A stretch of 64,000 nucleotides of DNA from Octopus sinensis (taxonomy: Eukaryota): the NCBI RefSeq assembly GCF_006345805.1, contig NW_021832858.1, positions 31,614 to 95,613 on the forward strand, read 5' to 3'. Below, piece by piece: positions 51,272-63,159 of the stretch. The notes beneath the pieces are model-generated. The model worked only from the letters and a program-made list of their open reading frames with translations. It was not told the origin of the DNA and searched no databases. The position numbers and the translations under genes were made by a program. The first letter of the stretch is position 1. Each line of letters opens with the position of its first letter.

Positions 51272-52902
51272 TTGTTTGTTATTGTTGTTTAACCCCAGGT
51301 CAGCTCCATTCGAGTAGAACCAAGGATCAAAGACATCCCGTCCTTTATCATTCTCACTGTTGTATTCAGTAAGTGGACTGTGGCCATGCTGGAACAACAC
51401 TTTGAAGCAATGTTTAGGTGATCAAGCCAACTCCAGTTGTTCGATCTAAGTCTCATACTTGCTCTGTTGTTTCCTGTTTGCCAAACTGCTAAGTTATGGG
51501 GATGTAAACAAGCCAAACCTGCCAAGCAGTGAGAAACAAATAGATATAAAGGTAGTGAGCTGGCAAAATGCTTAGCAGTATTTCGTCTGCCGCTACGTTC
51601 TGAGTTCAAATTCCGCCGAGGTCGACTTTGCCTTTCATCCTTTCGGGGTCGATAAATTAAGTACCAGTTACGCACTGGGGTCGATATAATCGACTTAATC
51701 CCTTTGTCTGTCCTTGTTTGTCCCCTCTATGTTTAGCTCCTTGTGGGTAATAAAGAACTAAGAAATGTTAGCGCGCTGGACGAAGTTCTGAGTTCAGAGG
51801 TCGACTTTGCCTTTCATCCTTTCGGGGTCGATAATTAAGTACCAGTTACGCACTGGTGTCAATCTAATCGACTTAATCCCTTTGTCTGTCCTTGTTTAAC
51901 CCCTTATGGGCAATAAAGAACTAAGAAATGTTAGCGCGCTGGACGAAGTTCTGAGTTCAGAGGTCGACTTTGCCTTTCATCCTTTCGGGGTCGATAAATT
52001 AAGTACAAGTTATGCACTGGGGTCAATCTAATCGACTGAATCCCTTTATCTGTCCTTGTTTGCCCTCTCTGTGTTTAGCCCCTTGTGGGTAGTAAAGAAA
52101 TAGGTATTTCGTCTGCCACTACGTTCTGAGTTCAAATTCTGCCGAGGTCGACTTTGCCTTTCATCCTTTCGGGGTCGATTAAATAAGTACCAGTTATGCA
52201 CTGGGGTCGATATAATCGACTTAATCCCTTTATCTGTCCTTGTTTGCCCTCTCTGTGTTTAGTCCCTTGTGGGTAGTAAAGAATTAGGTATTTCGTCTGC
52301 CACTACGTTCTGAGTTCAAATTCTGCCGAGGTCGAATTTGCCTTTCATCCTTTCGGGGTCGATTAAATGAGTACCAGTTATGCACTGGGGTCGATTTAAT
52401 CGACTTAATCCATTTGTCTGTCCTTGTTTGCCCTCTCTGTGTTTAGCCCCTTGTGGGTAGTAAAGAAATAGGTATTTCGTCTGCCGCTACGTTGGAATTT
52501 AAAAATAAAGGACGAAGACGGGTGTATAAACAACAAACATGTATTAGTTTAACACTCGGGAAGTGAGAAAGTCTTTTACGTTTCGTGCAGTGGCGCACTG
52601 GTCAGGTTGCCAGCTTGTCCAATGGCAAGTGGACCCCTCTGCCATTAGAATCCACACATAGGGGCCCATCCCCTCAAGTGTGAGAATTTTTTATTCACTC
52701 CTGGAAGAACGCATTATTTCAGCCTGGCTGTGTTTGTAGACAGTTGAAGAGAATACTTTTAGCAAAAATTAAAAAAAAAAAACAAGAAAATAAATGATAG
52801 CATTGTAGTTGTGGAGGGGCCCCCTTAATCTCCCGACAATCAATACTTTTAGACCCAGATCACCACTGTATGTTTGTGTGTGTGTGTGTATATATAATAT
52901 AT

Positions 52903-52937
<35 letters not shown>

Positions 52938-52938
<1 letters not shown>

Positions 52939-53213
52939 ATTAAAAATGAGGGTGTCCAAAAGACACCCGTTTGCTGTGCATATATATATCTGTATTTATG
53001 TACCCTTGATATATTCAATTGATGACGGTAAAGCTTATTTAAAGCAGAACCAGAAATCCTTGGATCTTGAATTATTCAATAATTTTTGCTTGTTTGTTTT
53101 ATCCCTCCGCTTTACCTCATGGTGCGCTATGAACACTTAACGTGGTTTTATAGTCAGAGTTTCGACTGCTATTTCGGCATGTTGGTGTCTTTTGGACACC
53201 CTCATTTTTAATT
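52938..53213. mobile_element. 276-bp element bounded by a perfect 30-bp inverted repeat (MITE or Penelope fold-back)
   Basis: AATTAAAAATGAGGGTGTCCAAAAGACACC (52938-52967) and its exact reverse complement (53184-53213). Confidence 0.65.
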
Positions 53214-53318
53214 GTTAAAAATTTTTTTACCTTTGTACGGTATTTCTTTCATGCTGGCCACTTGATAATTTTGATACTTAAATATCGATATTATCCTCAT
53301 ATATAACTTTATATATAT

Positions 53319-53351
<33 letters not shown>

Positions 53352-53554
53352 TAGATAGATAGATAGATATTGTGTATGTATATAGATATATACATACATA
53401 TATATATATATATGTATATATATATAAATGTATGTATATATATATATATATATATATAAATATATCTATATATATATATATATATATATATGTATAAGAA
53501 TATTTATAAGCCTTATAGGAAGCCCAATGATAGACTAAGTTATATAATGTAGGT

Positions 53555-54400
53555 TCATGCCATCCCCCTATAGTATTCAAAAATTTAGTTTAAAATATTA
53601 GTAAGAGGATTTCTAGCCTCTCCTCTGATAAGGACATCTTCATAGCGTTGCCCCAGTTTATAATAAGGCTTTAAAAGATAGTGGTTTTAGCGAAAAAATA
53701 AAATATACACCTATCACTAGCCAACAGTAAGGAAAAGGAATATAGAAATAGGAAGGTCATCTGGTTTACTTACTCACCCGAGGTGGCCTTCAATATAGGT
53801 AAATATTTCCTAGCACTGATAGATATACATTTTCCAGTTAACCATCTATAGGAAACTCTTCAATAGACACCATTTAAAAATTAGTTTTAGTTCCACTACC
53901 ATTTTAAAAACATAAATCCAAACATAAACATACAAAAAACACAAGAAAACAACTGTTCATGCAGGAATAAAGAATTGTGCCCGCTAAATGGAGCTTGCAT
54001 GTCCAAGACCATCATATATGAAGCTACCGTAACTCTCTATAACCCATAAAGAACCGTTTCGACGAAGAAATACGTGGGCCTTACAGAGGGTAATTTCAAG
54101 GCCAGGTTCAATAACCACACTTTGAGCTTTAGGCACTGGAACAAAAGAAAAGCGACACAATTATCTAATCATATTTGGTCTTTAAGAGATAAAGGTGTCG
54201 ATTATAACATACAATGGAAGATTTGTTCCAGATGTAAGCCCTATAACCAACGGCAGCGGAAGGTGCGGTCTATGCGACCATGGAGAGATGGCTTATCTGG
54301 AAAAGCAGCTTAGACCCTACTACATGTCTAAATACAAGGACAGAACTTTTCGGATCATGCCCACATGTGACTAAATTTCTGTTACGTTTTTGGTCCCCTA
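53555..54400 (+). mobile_element. Degenerate Penelope-like retroelement ORF C-terminus (RT tail plus GIY-YIG endonuclease)
   Basis: Across stops and frameshifts reads [91 protein letters not shown]; these are typical PLE motifs. Confidence 0.88.
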
Positions 54401-54636
54401 AAGAAAACAGATAGAACATGCTTTCTATGTTATGTCCCAAGAAGATTTTATATATTTTTATATATTTTTTATGTATTTTATATATTTTTTATGTATTTTA
54501 TATATTTTTTATGTATTTTTATATAATTTTTATGACGAAAAATGCGAGCGATGTATAAGTACGCAGGCAAGCAGAGTTATAACACAGTAATTTCCCTTTA
54601 TTTAACGGTATTTTTTCATAGCGTTTTCAAATAGCC

Positions 54637-54699
54637 AGATAACCGAAGAGATGGTGTTGTGGATTTCCACTTCGGCATCTGAAACTCAGAGTTTTATCT
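54637..54699 (+). ncRNA. Hammerhead motif downstream of a Penelope-like ORF (H1-related)
   Basis: AGATAA CCGAAGA GATG...CATC T GAAA CTC-A-GAG T T TTATCT; 6-bp stem I and the same ACTCAGAGT stem III as H1. Confidence 0.68.
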
Positions 54700-54871
54700 T
54701 GACTACCGAGTAAAGTAACATATTATTGTATATATATATATTATATGTATATATATATATGCATATATATATGTGTATATATATATATATATGTATATAT
54801 GTATATATATATATATGTGTGTATATATATATATATATATGTGTATATATATGTATATATGTATATATATA

Positions 54872-54916
<45 letters not shown>

Positions 54917-55864
54917 GTGTGTATATATATATGTGTGGATATATATATAATGTCTGTATATATATATGTGTGTATATATATGTGTGTATATATATATGTG
55001 TGTATATATATATGTGGGTGTGTATATATTAAGGTATATATATATATATGTGTGTTATATATGTATAATATATATATTATATGTGTGTATATATTATATA
55101 TGTATATATATATGCGTGTATATATATATATGTATATGTATATATATATGTGTATATATATATATGTCTATATTATATATGTTTATGCATATATATATGT
55201 GTATATGTTTATGTATATATATGTATGTTTATGTATATATGTATATATATGTATATATATATGTATATATATATGTATATGTATATATATGTGTGTATGA
55301 GCAACCCCCCCCCGTCAATGGACGGTGCTGAGTTGTCAAACATTAAACCAAATTTTCTCAACAACAACAACAACAACACGAAATAATTTAATTCTTTATT
55401 TTATTGCAACGAAATTGAGTAAAATTACATAAAAGCATATAAAAATATAATCATGAAATATACGTAGTTGTAATTAGGAGGGGGCTTATTAGTGATTAAT
55501 TGAAAGCAGTGTATAAAATCTTTATTGCTTAATTAAGTAATTAGAGGGATTTGTTGTGTTGGGCTGTAAAAGACGAAAAGAAAGAAACAATAATTTCTGC
55601 TTCTGATGTGTATATATGTAAGGGTATGCATATGTGTGTTTGTGTGTATGCATGTGTGTGCGTATATGTACCTGTGTATGTATATGCATGAATGTGTGTT
55701 TATGTACATGTGTGTGTGTGTGTATGTGTGTACGTTCATGTGTGCAAGTACGTTTGTGTGTGCAGGTATGTTTGTGTGTGTGTGTGTGTGCTAGTTTAGT
55801 CCTCTAGAAGCACAACTGATCTTTCATAGCATAATTCGAAAATGAGAAGAAAGTGTGGCAAATT

Positions 55865-56228
55865 ATTTATTCATTAAAATTCCGATAAAATTCTATCATT
55901 TACTCATTAAAATTCTATCATTTATTCATTCAAATTCTATCATTTATTCATTAAAATTCTATCATTTATTCATTAAAATTCTATCATTTATTCATTAAAA
56001 TTCTATTATTTTTTCATTAAAATTTTATCATTTTTTCATTAAAATTCCATTAAAATTATATCATTTACTCATTAAAATTCTATCATTTATTCATTCAAAT
56101 TCTATCATTTATTCATTAAAATTCTATTATTTTTTCATTAAAATTTTATCATTTATTCATTAAAATTCCATTAAAATTCTATCATTTATTCATTAAAATT
56201 CCATCATTTATTCATTAAAATTCTATCA
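55865..56228. repeat. 22-bp minisatellite (CATTAAAATTCTATCATTTATT), about 15 copies
   Basis: Starts about 30 nt past the stop codon of the minus-strand CBM14-like gene. Confidence 0.9.
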
Positions 56229-56257
56229 AAAGAGATTTAAGAAATTCCATTCTTCAT

Positions 56258-56793
56258 TCAAAACGGTGAAGTATAAACACATTTGCTCAGGCTTTGATTC
56301 CATTTTTTGTTGTATTCGCATTTCCTTATTTGATAATTTGTGCAGCTGCCACACACTATGAAATGGGAACGACTGAATGGGTGAGGTTGAAGCATTCCTG
56401 AAGTGTTAGCACCACAAACATGACTGAATGGAGTAAAGACACATCCCACAATGCCTGGATGCCAGTATAGTGTTTCCGGACAATCTACCACGCGACCCTT
56501 GCCCCTTAGATCACAGAGTATGAATTTTGAAATATCCGTCGGGTGAGTAAAATGATATTTCCGAGAGAAAATGATGCAAGGATAGGGCTTCAGAGCGATG
56601 CCTGGTAGGGCCGGCGCCGTCACAGTGTGTTTACATGTCTTCAGTGTTGCATCAAAAGTTTGATTTTTCGGACACAAGACGATGGTCAGCTTCCCTTGGG
56701 AGCCACATTCAAGGTACTTCTCAGGTTTGTTAGGGTAGGGGAAAACGTATAGCCCCTTTATGCGATTTTCCTTCGTGCATGGATATGGTATAT
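56258..56793 (-). CDS. Terminal exon of a protein with three chitin-binding type-2 (CBM14/peritrophin-A-like) repeats
   Basis: Acceptor ttcttttcattcag|AT (phase 1); three repeats of the form C-x-(F/H)PxP-x-(Y/F)xxC-x-C-x-(F/W)-x-C (PCTKE..KTC, PCIIF..VGC, VCGAN..SKC); ends at a stop. Confidence 0.85.
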
Positions 56794-56989
56794 CTGAATG
56801 AAAAGAACGAAAGTGTTTAATTTGCAGAATCAATATGTAAAACAGAGTAATCAGCGAGGAATTGAGGGGGAAGCACTCCGTCGGTTACGACGAGGAAGGT
56901 TCCGGTTGATCCGAATCAACGGAACAGCCTGCTCGTGAAATTAACGCGAGTTCGCTGCCCTAACCACTGGGCCATTGCGCCTCCATATA

Positions 56990-57093
56990 TATATTATATA
57001 TATATATATATAGATATATATATATATATATATATAATATATATAATATATATATATATAGATAATAATAATATATATATATATATATATAAT

Positions 57094-57126
<33 letters not shown>

Positions 57127-57178
57127 ATAATATATATATATTATCTATATAATATATTATATATATATATATATATTA

Positions 57179-57209
<31 letters not shown>

Positions 57210-57211
57210 TA

Positions 57212-57244
<33 letters not shown>

Positions 57245-57332
57245 TATATAGATTATATATATATATATATATATAATTATATATATAGTATATATATATA
57301 TATAATATATATAATAGATATATATTATATAT

Positions 57333-57363
<31 letters not shown>

Positions 57364-57461
57364 TATAATATTATATATTATATAATATATATAATATATA
57401 TATATATATTATATATATATTAGAATATATATATATAAAATATATTATATAATATATATAT

Positions 57462-57492
<31 letters not shown>

Positions 57493-57514
57493 GATATATA
57501 TATATAATATATAT

Positions 57515-57552
<38 letters not shown>

Positions 57553-57720
57553 TATTATAGAAATATTATATATATATATAAGATATATATATAATATAAT
57601 ATATATAATATAATATATATATAAGATATATATATATATAATATATAAATATAGTATATATATATATATATATAATATATATATATAATATTATAATATA
57701 TATATAATATATATATATAT

Positions 57721-57751
<31 letters not shown>

Positions 57752-57810
57752 ATAATTATATATATTATATATATATAATAATATATATATATAATATATA
57801 TATATATAAT

Positions 57811-57841
<31 letters not shown>

Positions 57842-57926
57842 ATATAATATATATATATATAATATAATATATATAATATATATATATATATAATATATGA
57901 TATATATAATATATATTATAATATAT

Positions 57927-57958
<32 letters not shown>

Positions 57959-58132
57959 GATAATATATATATATATAATATATATATATATTATATAATA
58001 TAATATATATATACTCTATATATATATATTATATATATATATAATATATATATATATAATTATATATATATAATATAATATATAATATATATAATATATA
58101 TATATTAATATAATATATTATATATATATATA

Positions 58133-58177
<45 letters not shown>

Positions 58178-58354
58178 TTATATAATATATATATATATTA
58201 TAATATATATAATATAAATATATAATAATAATATATTATATATTATTATATATATATATATAATATATAATATATATTAATCATAATATATAATATAATA
58301 TATATATATTATATATAATATATATAATATATATTATATATATATAATATACAA

Positions 58355-58392
<38 letters not shown>

Positions 58393-58633
58393 TATATAAT
58401 ATATATATATATAATATATATATATAATATTATATATTATAATATATATATAATATATATATATAATATATATTATATATAATATAATATATTATATAAT
58501 ATTATAATAATATATATATAATAATATATAGATATAATATATAATAATATAATATATATATAATATATAATATAATATATATATAATATATAATATATAT
58601 ATATAATATATATATAATATAATATAATATATA

Positions 58634-58670
<37 letters not shown>
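56990..58670. repeat. 1.7-kb almost pure A/T (TA)n-type tract
   Basis: Direct reading; bracketed by two mini-SINE D copies. Confidence 0.95.
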
Positions 58671-58672
<2 letters not shown>

Positions 58673-58809
58673 GGACTCCGTCGGTTACGACGACGAGGGT
58701 TCCGGTTGATCCGAATCAACGGAACAGCCTGCTCGTGAAATTAACGCGAGTCCGCTGCCCTAACGACTGGGCCATTGCGCCTCCATATATATATATATTT
58801 TTTTTTTTA

Positions 58810-59160
58810 AGGACTCCGTCGGTTACGACGACGAGGGTTCCGGTTGGTCCGGATCAACGGAACAGCCTGCTCGTGAAATTAACGTGTAAGTGGCTGAGCA
58901 CTCCACAGACACGCGTACCCTCAACGCAGTTCTCGGGAATATTCAGCGTGACACAGAGAGTGACAAGGCCGGCTCCTTGAAATACAGGTACAACAGAAAC
59001 GGGAATTAAGAGTGAGAGAAAGTTGTGGGGAAAGAGTACAGCAGGGATCACCACCATCCACTGCTGGAGACTCGTGGAACTTTTAGGTGTTTTCGCTCAA
59101 TAAACACTCACAACGCCCGGTCTGGGAATCGAAACCGCGAGTCCGCTGCCCTAACCACTG
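58810..59160 (-). mobile_element. SINE family D (tRNA-derived), long copy
   Basis: The head GGAGGCGCAATGGCCCAGTGGTTAGGGCAGCGGACTCGCG...TTCGATTCCCAGACC is seen at 1-83 and 25908-25985. Internally deleted 115-bp forms lie at 56873-56983 and about 58673-58785. Confidence 0.8.
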
Positions 59161-59436
59161 TAGCGAGGAATTATCAATCAGAGCAAACTGCAGTATAAAC
59201 TCCATGTTAATATACCAGGCTAATAATATTGTTTTATTTGTTTCAGTCATTTGACTGCGGCCATGCTGGAGCACCGCCTTTAGTCGAGCAAATCGACCCC
59301 AGGACTTTTTTTTTGTTAGCCTGGTACTTATTCTATCGGTTTCTCTTGCCGAGCCGCTAACTGACGGGGACGTAAACACACCAGCATCGGTTGTCAAGCG
59401 ATGCTGGGAGTACAAACACACACACACACACACACA

Positions 59437-59512
<76 letters not shown>

Positions 59513-59639
59513 CGATGGGCTTCTTTCAGTTTCATTGGTCGACCCGAGGCTATAGTAGAAGACACTTTTTTCGTGAATTCTCCCTATATATATATATATA
59601 TATGATGGGAATGATATCACTAGACACGTGTACTATTAT

Positions 59640-60010
59640 AAACTACATCCCCAGACGACCCATTCACCACCCTAAAAATTACCGTTCCTATGTCCGCGAC
59701 GGATAATGAAAATAACACCAGGTTAACCCAAGATAACCATAACCCCAAAAATTCATCTTTAGCACCTTCTAGAATCCTATGTAGCTGTAGACGCCCCGCA
59801 TCATGTCCTTTAGATAACAGATGCTTCACAAGAAATATTGTATACAAATGCACGGTAACAGATGAGAATTCCGGTTATGTATACATCAGCTCGTGCAGCA
59901 CTACCTTCAAAGTCAGAGCGGGTAACCACTATTCTAGCTTCACATCCCAAACAAGAATTAACGGCATTTCTTTATTTCGGCTAATTCATAACCTAAAACA
60001 AAACTAATTC
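59640..60010 (+). mobile_element. Second Penelope-like GIY-YIG endonuclease remnant
   Basis: ORF 59690-60007: CSCRRPASCPLDNRCFTRNIVYKCTVT...YISSCSTTFKVRAGNHYSSF, homologous to the element at 53555-54400. Confidence 0.8.
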
Positions 60011-60197
60011 GGAAATTAACAGGTTGTATGGACTTACTTTTTCCGAGTATGTCTTTCAGATCATCGGAGCTACATAATACTTCTTTGTTATTTTGACGGC
60101 AGGTCACTCTTATAGTGGGATCTGTTTGAGAGAATGATATATGTTAGAACAGGAGCACATGACAGTATAATTATGTTTATATACTCTGTGTGTGTGT

Positions 60198-60285
<88 letters not shown>

Positions 60286-60694
60286 TGGAACTCTGCAGAT
60301 CACTTTACAGATATTATGCGAAAGAATTTTGCTAGACCGAAATATTTTTATCCTTTCTTTAACAGACGCTAACAAATACAGCGAGCACAATATTTTTCTT
60401 TCTTCAATTAAGAGGACAATTTCAATTTATTGAACTGTATTTTTCTTGCTTGTTTGCATAAGTGACTCGATACAACATCCATTAAATAAGTTATCCAAAT
60501 TCATGTTATTGGTCAGGCTGAGTTATTTCCCTTAGATCACCTTATTTATTTTTTAATTATGCAAATTATTGCAGGCAAATATACTGTAATTCTTATGCTA
60601 CATCGTGTGATGATGAAAACAAGTTTAAATTTGACAATAGTTCGCTGACGAAATCCAGTAAATTACAGAACGTGTTTGTAGTTGTCTCCCTTAC

Positions 60695-60726
60695 CTGATA
60701 ATATTACTCTGTATTCTTTATACATC
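60695..60726 (-). CDS. Candidate 32-nt internal exon of the CBM14-like gene (MYKEYRVILS)
   Basis: ctttgttag|G...G|gtaagg; phase 2-1 exactly bridges the exons at 61186-61270 and 56258-56793. Confidence 0.45.
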
Positions 60727-61185
60727 CTAACAAAGTAAGGAGAGTGATTTTGGTAGAACCGATGGATGTAATTTAATTTTACTGAATTCTTAATGTCCTC
60801 AGATTATCTCCCCTTTTCTCTGAGACTCGCCTACAACTGTAAATTACCATTAATTAAAAGCTAATGATATTTACTCTTTTATCCATCGACTCTACCGAAA
60901 CCGTTCTCCTTACTTGGTTAGGATAGTAACACCCATCCTTTGTGGTTAGCCATATTGAGATGGCTATTATACTTTACGTTGTCGAGCGGTTACTGTTTAC
61001 ATCTCGTTCAGAGATTTATTATTGCTTGCAGACAGTTTTTCGAAATCAGTGAGGGAAGTTACTAGAAAAACCCTTAAATATTTGCAAAAACAGGTCTTCC
61101 TTTTCATCGTAAACCTGTGATTACCGTGCGTTGACAAGAGGCAAATACCTCGAAACTGCAGTCCGTGCGTATTACTTAGACTTAC

Positions 61186-61270
61186 GAGAGAGGGGTGACC
61201 TCCCTTTGCAAATACCATAAGGGCACAGATAGTGTGCCTAAAGCCAGCTGGAGACGATGATCTCCTGGGG
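61186..61270 (-). CDS. Candidate internal exon of the CBM14-like gene (PGDHRLQLALGTLSVPLWYLQREVTPL)
   Basis: cttttag|CC...TC|gtaagt; 85 nt, phase 1-2, open. Confidence 0.55.
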
Positions 61271-61381
61271 CTAAAAGCTACAGTAAAACCCACCCTTAGT
61301 GGTTAGCCATATTGAGATGGCTATTATACTTTACGTTAAGAATAATTTTTGATAATGAAAAAATGAATTCAGTATGCTTAC

Positions 61382-61616
61382 CTGTTGCATCGAAACTGAC
61401 GTTGTATTGAGGATTGTTGCAAGCCGAGATTTTGAGATCAAATCGTCTCCTGGAAATTATCGTCAGGTATAACGTAGAGGATAATGTTTGTTTAACTAGG
61501 TATAAATTACCCGGTTTCATGTCAGTTGCACTGGTCATGTAGTCGTAACTGGCCAAACTAGGCTGACTGTTGTTATACGCACCATACACAGTGACCACAC
61601 CACACTGGACACTCAC
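61382..61616 (-). CDS. Candidate internal exon of the CBM14-like gene (VSVQCGVVTVYG...YNVSFDAT)
   Basis: tttttgttcgtcacag|GTG...G|gtaagc; 235 nt, phase 0-1, open. Confidence 0.6.
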
Positions 61617-61745
61617 CTGTGACGAACAAAAATGGTATAATATATATATACGGTGTCCTTGATTTCATTCTACAGATGCATTTAGAAAAGGAGTCCAAAC
61701 TTTCCCCCATAAATCCACTGTCTCCTCCTATTACTTCAACCACCG

Positions 61746-62115
61746 CTACGACGCCGTGGTGACCTCATTCTTGCTCACAACACCATAAGCGGAAAGTGCA
61801 ACCTCTCGAAAGAGCTGTTCTTCACTCCTGCCCCAGAGCGTCGGCTGCGGGGTCACTCCGAAAAGCTCTATCTGCGACGATTTCATCTCAATCGAAGGAG
61901 AGGGGGCTTTCTCCGTCCGGGTTGCGGATCCGTGGAATAAGCTGCCGGATGAGATAGTGAAGATGCCGACGGCCGCTCGGTTCAAAGTCTCCCTTGACCA
62001 CAAGTGACCTGAACTCTTTACATGAACACCACCCTGTACATAACTCCATGCCCCCCCCCCTACATGGCCTTGCTTTTTGCTTTTTGAGCCAAAAAATTAA
62101 CTAACTAACTAACTA
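61746..62115 (+). mobile_element. 5'-truncated CR1-type LINE (second family) with (TAAC)n tail
   Basis: LRRRGDLIL...RLRGHSEKLY...(frameshift)AFSVRVADPWNKLP. The same 3' UTR occurs reversed at about 40452-40610. Confidence 0.88.
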
Positions 62116-63034
62116 CAGCACCAGCTTCTCGGAAGTAACTACTTGGACACCAACCCATAAAAAGCAAACTTGATACACCAATCTCTGCTCTCATCATTAT
62201 ACATTTTATATCTAAACCTAACTCTTCCTGCGCTATCCACTATGCCCAATCCTTCCCCAGTCCCAATGTTAACACCCTCTGTAGAATTCTCTCTTTGTCC
62301 ACGTTTATTTTGCAGCCACAAATGCTCCAACTAAACTTTAATGATAAGAATGAGATCAACCAGCCGTGGAAGGACTGGGTGGTTTATGAGCACTATCCCT
62401 TTTTTCTCATTCTCTCTTTTACTCTTTTACTCTTTTACTCCTTTACTTGTTTCAGTCATTTGACTGCGGCCATGCTGGAGCACCGCCTTTAGTCGAGCAA
62501 ATCGACCCCGGGACTTATTCTTTGTAAGCCCAGTACTTATTCTATCGGTGTCTTTTGCCGAACTTGGGGGACAAACACAGACACACAAACATATACACGC
62601 ACATATATACATATACATATATACGACGTGCTTCTTTCAGTTTCCGTCTACCAAATCCACTCACAAGGCTTTGGTCAGGCTGAGGCTATAGTAGAAGACA
62701 CTTGCCCAAGATGCCACGCAGTGGGACTGAACCCGGAACCATGTGGTTGGTAAGCAAGCTACTTACCACACAGCCACTCCTGCACCTATATATATACATA
62801 TATATACGACGGGCTTCTTTCAGTTTCCGTCTACCAAATCCACTCACAAGGCTTTGGTCAGGCCGAGGCTACAGTAGAAGACACTTGCCCAAGATGCCAC
62901 GCAGTGGGTCTGAACCCGGAACCATGTGGTTGGTAAGCAAGCTACTTATCACACAGCCACTCCTGCGCCTATTCATCCATAAAAATACAAAAGAAAAAAA
63001 AAATCCAGAGGATGTTATTGAATATTCGTCTTAC

Positions 63035-63159
63035 CGTGATTATTGTACCCGAGTTGGACTGAGTAGTTTGGGTGACATCCACAACTTGTTCTTTTGTCTT
63101 GTTAGTTTTTGGAATGGGGTTATATGGTAGGACTGTATCGTTCTGCATAACATAGATAG
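63035..63159 (-). CDS. Candidate internal exon of the CBM14-like gene (IYVMQNDTVLPYNP...SGTIIT)
   Basis: ttttgtag|CT...ACG|gtaaga; 125 nt, phase 1-0. A 5' exon was not found in the window. Confidence 0.5.

Noticed and set aside
60997-61293. 98-aa minus-strand ORF as an exon of the chitin-binding gene
   Set aside because: A different frame with canonical splice sites (61270-61186) fits the neighbouring exon phases; this ORF has no matching sites.
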